Assembly (NCBI GenBank): GCA_051531975.1
Contig: JAOPTT010000020.1
Location: 1 to 64,000, forward strand
Source of the DNA: Spirochaetaceae bacterium
GTDB lineage: Bacteria > Spirochaetota > Spirochaetia > DSM-2461
DNA length: 64,000 bases
Reading direction: 5' to 3'
In this document: positions 61,407 through 64,000 of the stretch, piece after piece
Layout of the letters: every line of letters starts with the position of its first letter
How positions within the stretch are numbered: the stretch's first letter is position 1
Position numbers and translations under genes: made by a program
The notes under the pieces: model-generated
Database searches by the model: none
What the model was told of the DNA's origin: nothing
What the model saw: only the letters and a program-made list of their open reading frames with translations

Positions 61407-62792
61407 ATGAAAAAAAATATTGTATTCTTTTTTACCGATGATCAGCGATTTGATACTATAGCTGCTTTAGGAAACAAAGATATCATAACACCTAATATGG
61501 ACAGGCTTGTTAATAGTGGAACAACATTTACCCACGCCCATATTCCCTGTGGAACATCCGGCGCAGTTTGCATGCCTAGTAGAGCTATGTTACATACAGG
61601 TAGAACTCTTTTCCATCTACAAAACGAAGGGCAGGAAATCCCAAAAGAACATATTACATTAGGCGAAACATTACAAAAAGCAGGCTATGAGACTTTTGGT
61701 ACAGGGAAATGGCATAATGGAACATCATCTTATGCTAGAAGTTTTACAGCAGGCGGAGAAATATTTTTTGGTGGAATGTTTGATCATTGGAATGTCCCTG
61801 CATATAATTTTGATCCGACAGGGAAGTATGATAAAACTGTGCCATATACTACCGCTGCATTTAGTTCCAGAAAATTAAATATTATGAACACTGATCATAT
61901 CACCCCTGGTAAACACTCTTCGGAACTGTTTGGAGATGTATCAGCAGAGTGGATCAAAAATTATAATTCCGATAAACCATTTTTCAGTTATATTTCATTT
62001 ATGGCTCCCCACGATCCAAGAACTATGCCTGAAAAATTTAAAAATATGTACAGTGCAAAAGATATTCCACTACCGGAAAATTATCTGCCTGAACACCCTT
62101 TTGATTTTGGTATAAGGAACTTAAGGGATGAAGTATTAGCCCCATATCCAAGACAACCCCAGGAAGTTAAAGAACATATTGCAGAATATTATGGAATGAT
62201 AACCCATCTGGATAACGAGATGGGTAAAGTCATAAAAGCTGTTGAAGATAGAGGAGAGCTTGAAAATACACTATTCATTTTTGCAGGTGATAACGGTTTA
62301 GCTTTAGGTCAACATGGACTGTTTGGTAAACAAAACCACTATGAACACAGTATCCGTGTACCACTAATTTTTTCAGGACCTGGTATTCCAAAAAATGAAT
62401 TAAGGGATTCATATGCATATCTACTAGATATTTTCCCAACTATTTGTGAATACCTGCAGGTAGACAAACCGGAAACTGTAGAGGGAATAAGTTTATTGCC
62501 TCTAATAGAAGATGTAAAAAAAATAAATAGGCATACACTCTATTTTGCTTTCACAGATATTATGCGAGGGGTAAAAGATAGGCAATATAAACTTATTGAA
62601 TATGCAACACCATGTTGTAGAAAAACTCAACTTTTTGATCTTATAAATGATCCACACGAAATGAATGATCTATCTGATGATGAAGATTACCTTAGTATTA
62701 AAAACTGTCTAAGAAGTCAAATGTTTATATTAAGAGATGAATGGGATGATCGAAAACATCCACTTGGAAAAAAATACTGGGATAGGTATTAG
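61407..62792 (+). CDS. Cys-type sulfatase (S1_25-like)
   Basis: FTDDQR, GAVCMPSRAMLHTG, GKWHN, APHDPR, DNGLALGQHGLFGKQN. Subfamily call is from recall. Confidence 0.9.
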   Translation: MKKNIVFFFTDDQRFDTIAALGNKDIITPNMDRLVNSGTTFTHAHIPCGTSGAVCMPSRAMLHTGRTLFHLQNEGQEIPKEHITLGETLQKAGYETFGTGKWHNGTSSYARSFTAGGEIFFGGMFDHWNVPAYNFDPTGKYDKTVPYTTAAFSSRKLNIMNTDHITPGKHSSELFGDVSAEWIKNYNSDKPFFSYISFMAPHDPRTMPEKFKNMYSAKDIPLPENYLPEHPFDFGIRNLRDEVLAPYPRQPQEVKEHIAEYYGMITHLDNEMGKVIKAVEDRGELENTLFIFAGDNGLALGQHGLFGKQNHYEHSIRVPLIFSGPGIPKNELRDSYAYLLDIFPTICEYLQVDKPETVEGISLLPLIEDVKKINRHTLYFAFTDIMRGVKDRQYKLIEYATPCCRKTQLFDLINDPHEMNDLSDDEDYLSIKNCLRSQMFILRDEWDDRKHPLGKKYWDRY

Positions 62793-62801
62793 GAGAGAAT
62801 A

Positions 62802-64000
62802 TTGAATAAACATCATAATATAATAGCAGATAAAACATTACAGGTCGCACTAGATACAGTCAAATCTATCTATGCCACAGATAAAAATGCACATATAGAT
62901 ATACTTTTAGAAGATAGATACTATTTTGTGGATCATACGCTAATAATTGCTGGAGACTATTCTCCTGGATCAGATGGACGTTTAACTTTTAAAGCCTTAA
63001 ACAGTAGCAAACCTATTATTGGTTCTGGTACTAAGGTATTTGACTGGAAACCAGTAGATACCTGTAATATTCCGGATTATATTAAATTATCAGATGAACA
63101 GAGATCAAAATTATTTGTATCAAATGTTCCTGGGGATATAGATGATGTAAAATGCCTATTCAAAAATGATAAAATTTTACAGAGAGGAAAAAGTCGACCT
63201 TTAGAAGCCAGGGTTACAAAATATGAGATGCTAAAAAGTTTTAATGTTGCCAATGAGTCTGACCGAAAACTTCTAAAACAAGTTCCTGTTCCTGGAAAAG
63301 AGTTAGAAAAAATAAGGTTTTCAGAGGATCTTGATATACTTTTTACAGCTGTACCATGGCAGTTATCGATACTTCCTGTAGAAAGATTTGATATAGAAAA
63401 TGGATTTGTTTATACAAAGGAAGAGGGTACAGTTCCTGCATGTATGAAACTACATGAACCTTCATGGCTTGAAAATCAACCAGAATTCATCTCTAATCCT
63501 GGAGAATGGGCTTATGATTCAAAGTTGAAAATGATCTTTTATTGGCCAGTACAGCCCTCCGATCTTTCCGACATTGTAATTCCAACATTAAAGAACTTAA
63601 TTACTGTAGAAGGTTCAATCGACTATGATGGTCCAGTAGATAGTCCAGTTAATAATATTCATTTTAGTGGAATAACATTTAAACATGGGATAAGGGATAC
63701 AAAAGACTCTCTATCAAAAGCTAGAGGACTTCAACATGACTGGGAATTTTTTGATAGATCTAATGCATTATTACAATTTAGAGGAACACAAAACTGTAGT
63801 GTATCAAACTGCCGATTTACAACAACAGGTGGAGTGGCTATTAGAGGTGATCTGCATGTTCAGAACTTGTTAATTGAAAATAGTATGATTGATAATATTG
63901 GTTCAATGGGAATCCTTTTATGTGGCTATGGTCCTGGTTCCAAGGATGTTAATAAAAATAATACTATCAGAAATAATATAATCCACCACACAGGGGAGAT
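62802..64000 (+). CDS. GH141-like right-handed beta-helix glycoside hydrolase (alpha-L-fucosidase-like); 3' end runs off the window
   Basis: TTG 62802 after AGGAG; translated by hand in segments. Contains PGEWAYD, GLQHDWEFFD..NALLQFRG and GILLCGYGPGSKDVNKNN..NNIIHHTG. Confidence 0.8.
   Translation, partial: MNKHHNIIADKTLQVALDTVKSIYATDKNAHIDILLEDRYYFVDHTLIIAGDYSPGSDGRLTFKALNSSKPIIGSGTKVFDWKPVDTCNIPDYIKLSDEQRSKLFVSNVPGDIDDVKCLFKNDKILQRGKSRPLEARVTKYEMLKSFNVANESDRKLLKQVPVPGKELEKIRFSEDLDILFTAVPWQLSILPVERFDIENGFVYTKEEGTVPACMKLHEPSWLENQPEFISNPGEWAYDSKLKMIFYWPVQPSDLSDIVIPTLKNLITVEGSIDYDGPVDSPVNNIHFSGITFKHGIRDTKDSLSKARGLQHDWEFFDRSNALLQFRGTQNCSVSNCRFTTTGGVAIRGDLHVQNLLIENSMIDNIGSMGILLCGYGPGSKDVNKNNTIRNNIIHHTGE

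Noticed and set aside
6377..62115. Many 60-150 aa ORFs overlapping larger genes (e.g. 10044-10364, 16414-16872, 27900-28301, 44865-45233)
   Set aside because: They are antisense or alternate-frame shadows of well-supported genes, without recognisable motifs.

Overview
This is a very AT-rich bacterial window. The '(F/S)A-(E/G)G-x-xE' N-termini of the solute-binding proteins, plus the anaerobic enzymes, suggest a free-living anaerobic spirochaete (inference). Two loci for sulfated-glycan utilisation dominate it. Locus 1 (~4.3-26.5 kb) has a YesM/YesN-type two-component system, a sugar ABC importer, two Cys-type sulfatases, a GH2 and a divergent GH78-like glycosidase. These are transcribed divergently from a tungsten/molybdenum aldehyde:ferredoxin oxidoreductase (AOR), a FadR regulator, an enolase-family enzyme resembling 3,6-anhydro-D-galactonate cycloisomerase, a keto-deoxy sugar acid aldolase and kinase, moaD and moeB. 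The best novelty candidate is an anaerobic 3,6-anhydro-galactose (carrageenan/agar-type) pathway in which AOR replaces the usual NAD(P)-dependent dehydrogenase. A shared FadR-type operator and a degenerate Moco/tungsten-cofactor riboswitch-like element support this. Locus 2 (~43.8-64 kb) looks like a fucoidan/sulfated-fucan locus, with GH29 x2, GH151, GH141, four sulfatases, an ABC importer and AraC regulators. Between and around them lie a PlsA/Ger-like double activase, an acyl-CoA synthetase, a chimeric GNAT/STAND pseudogene, a TetR-GH1-MFS-membrane GH33 operon, a MocR plus Fn1055-like H2S-forming cysteine lyase, and an AraC-SDR pair. I saw no rRNA, tRNA, CRISPR array or intact mobile element. 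Family calls come from motifs read by eye and recalled family sequences; no database search was run.
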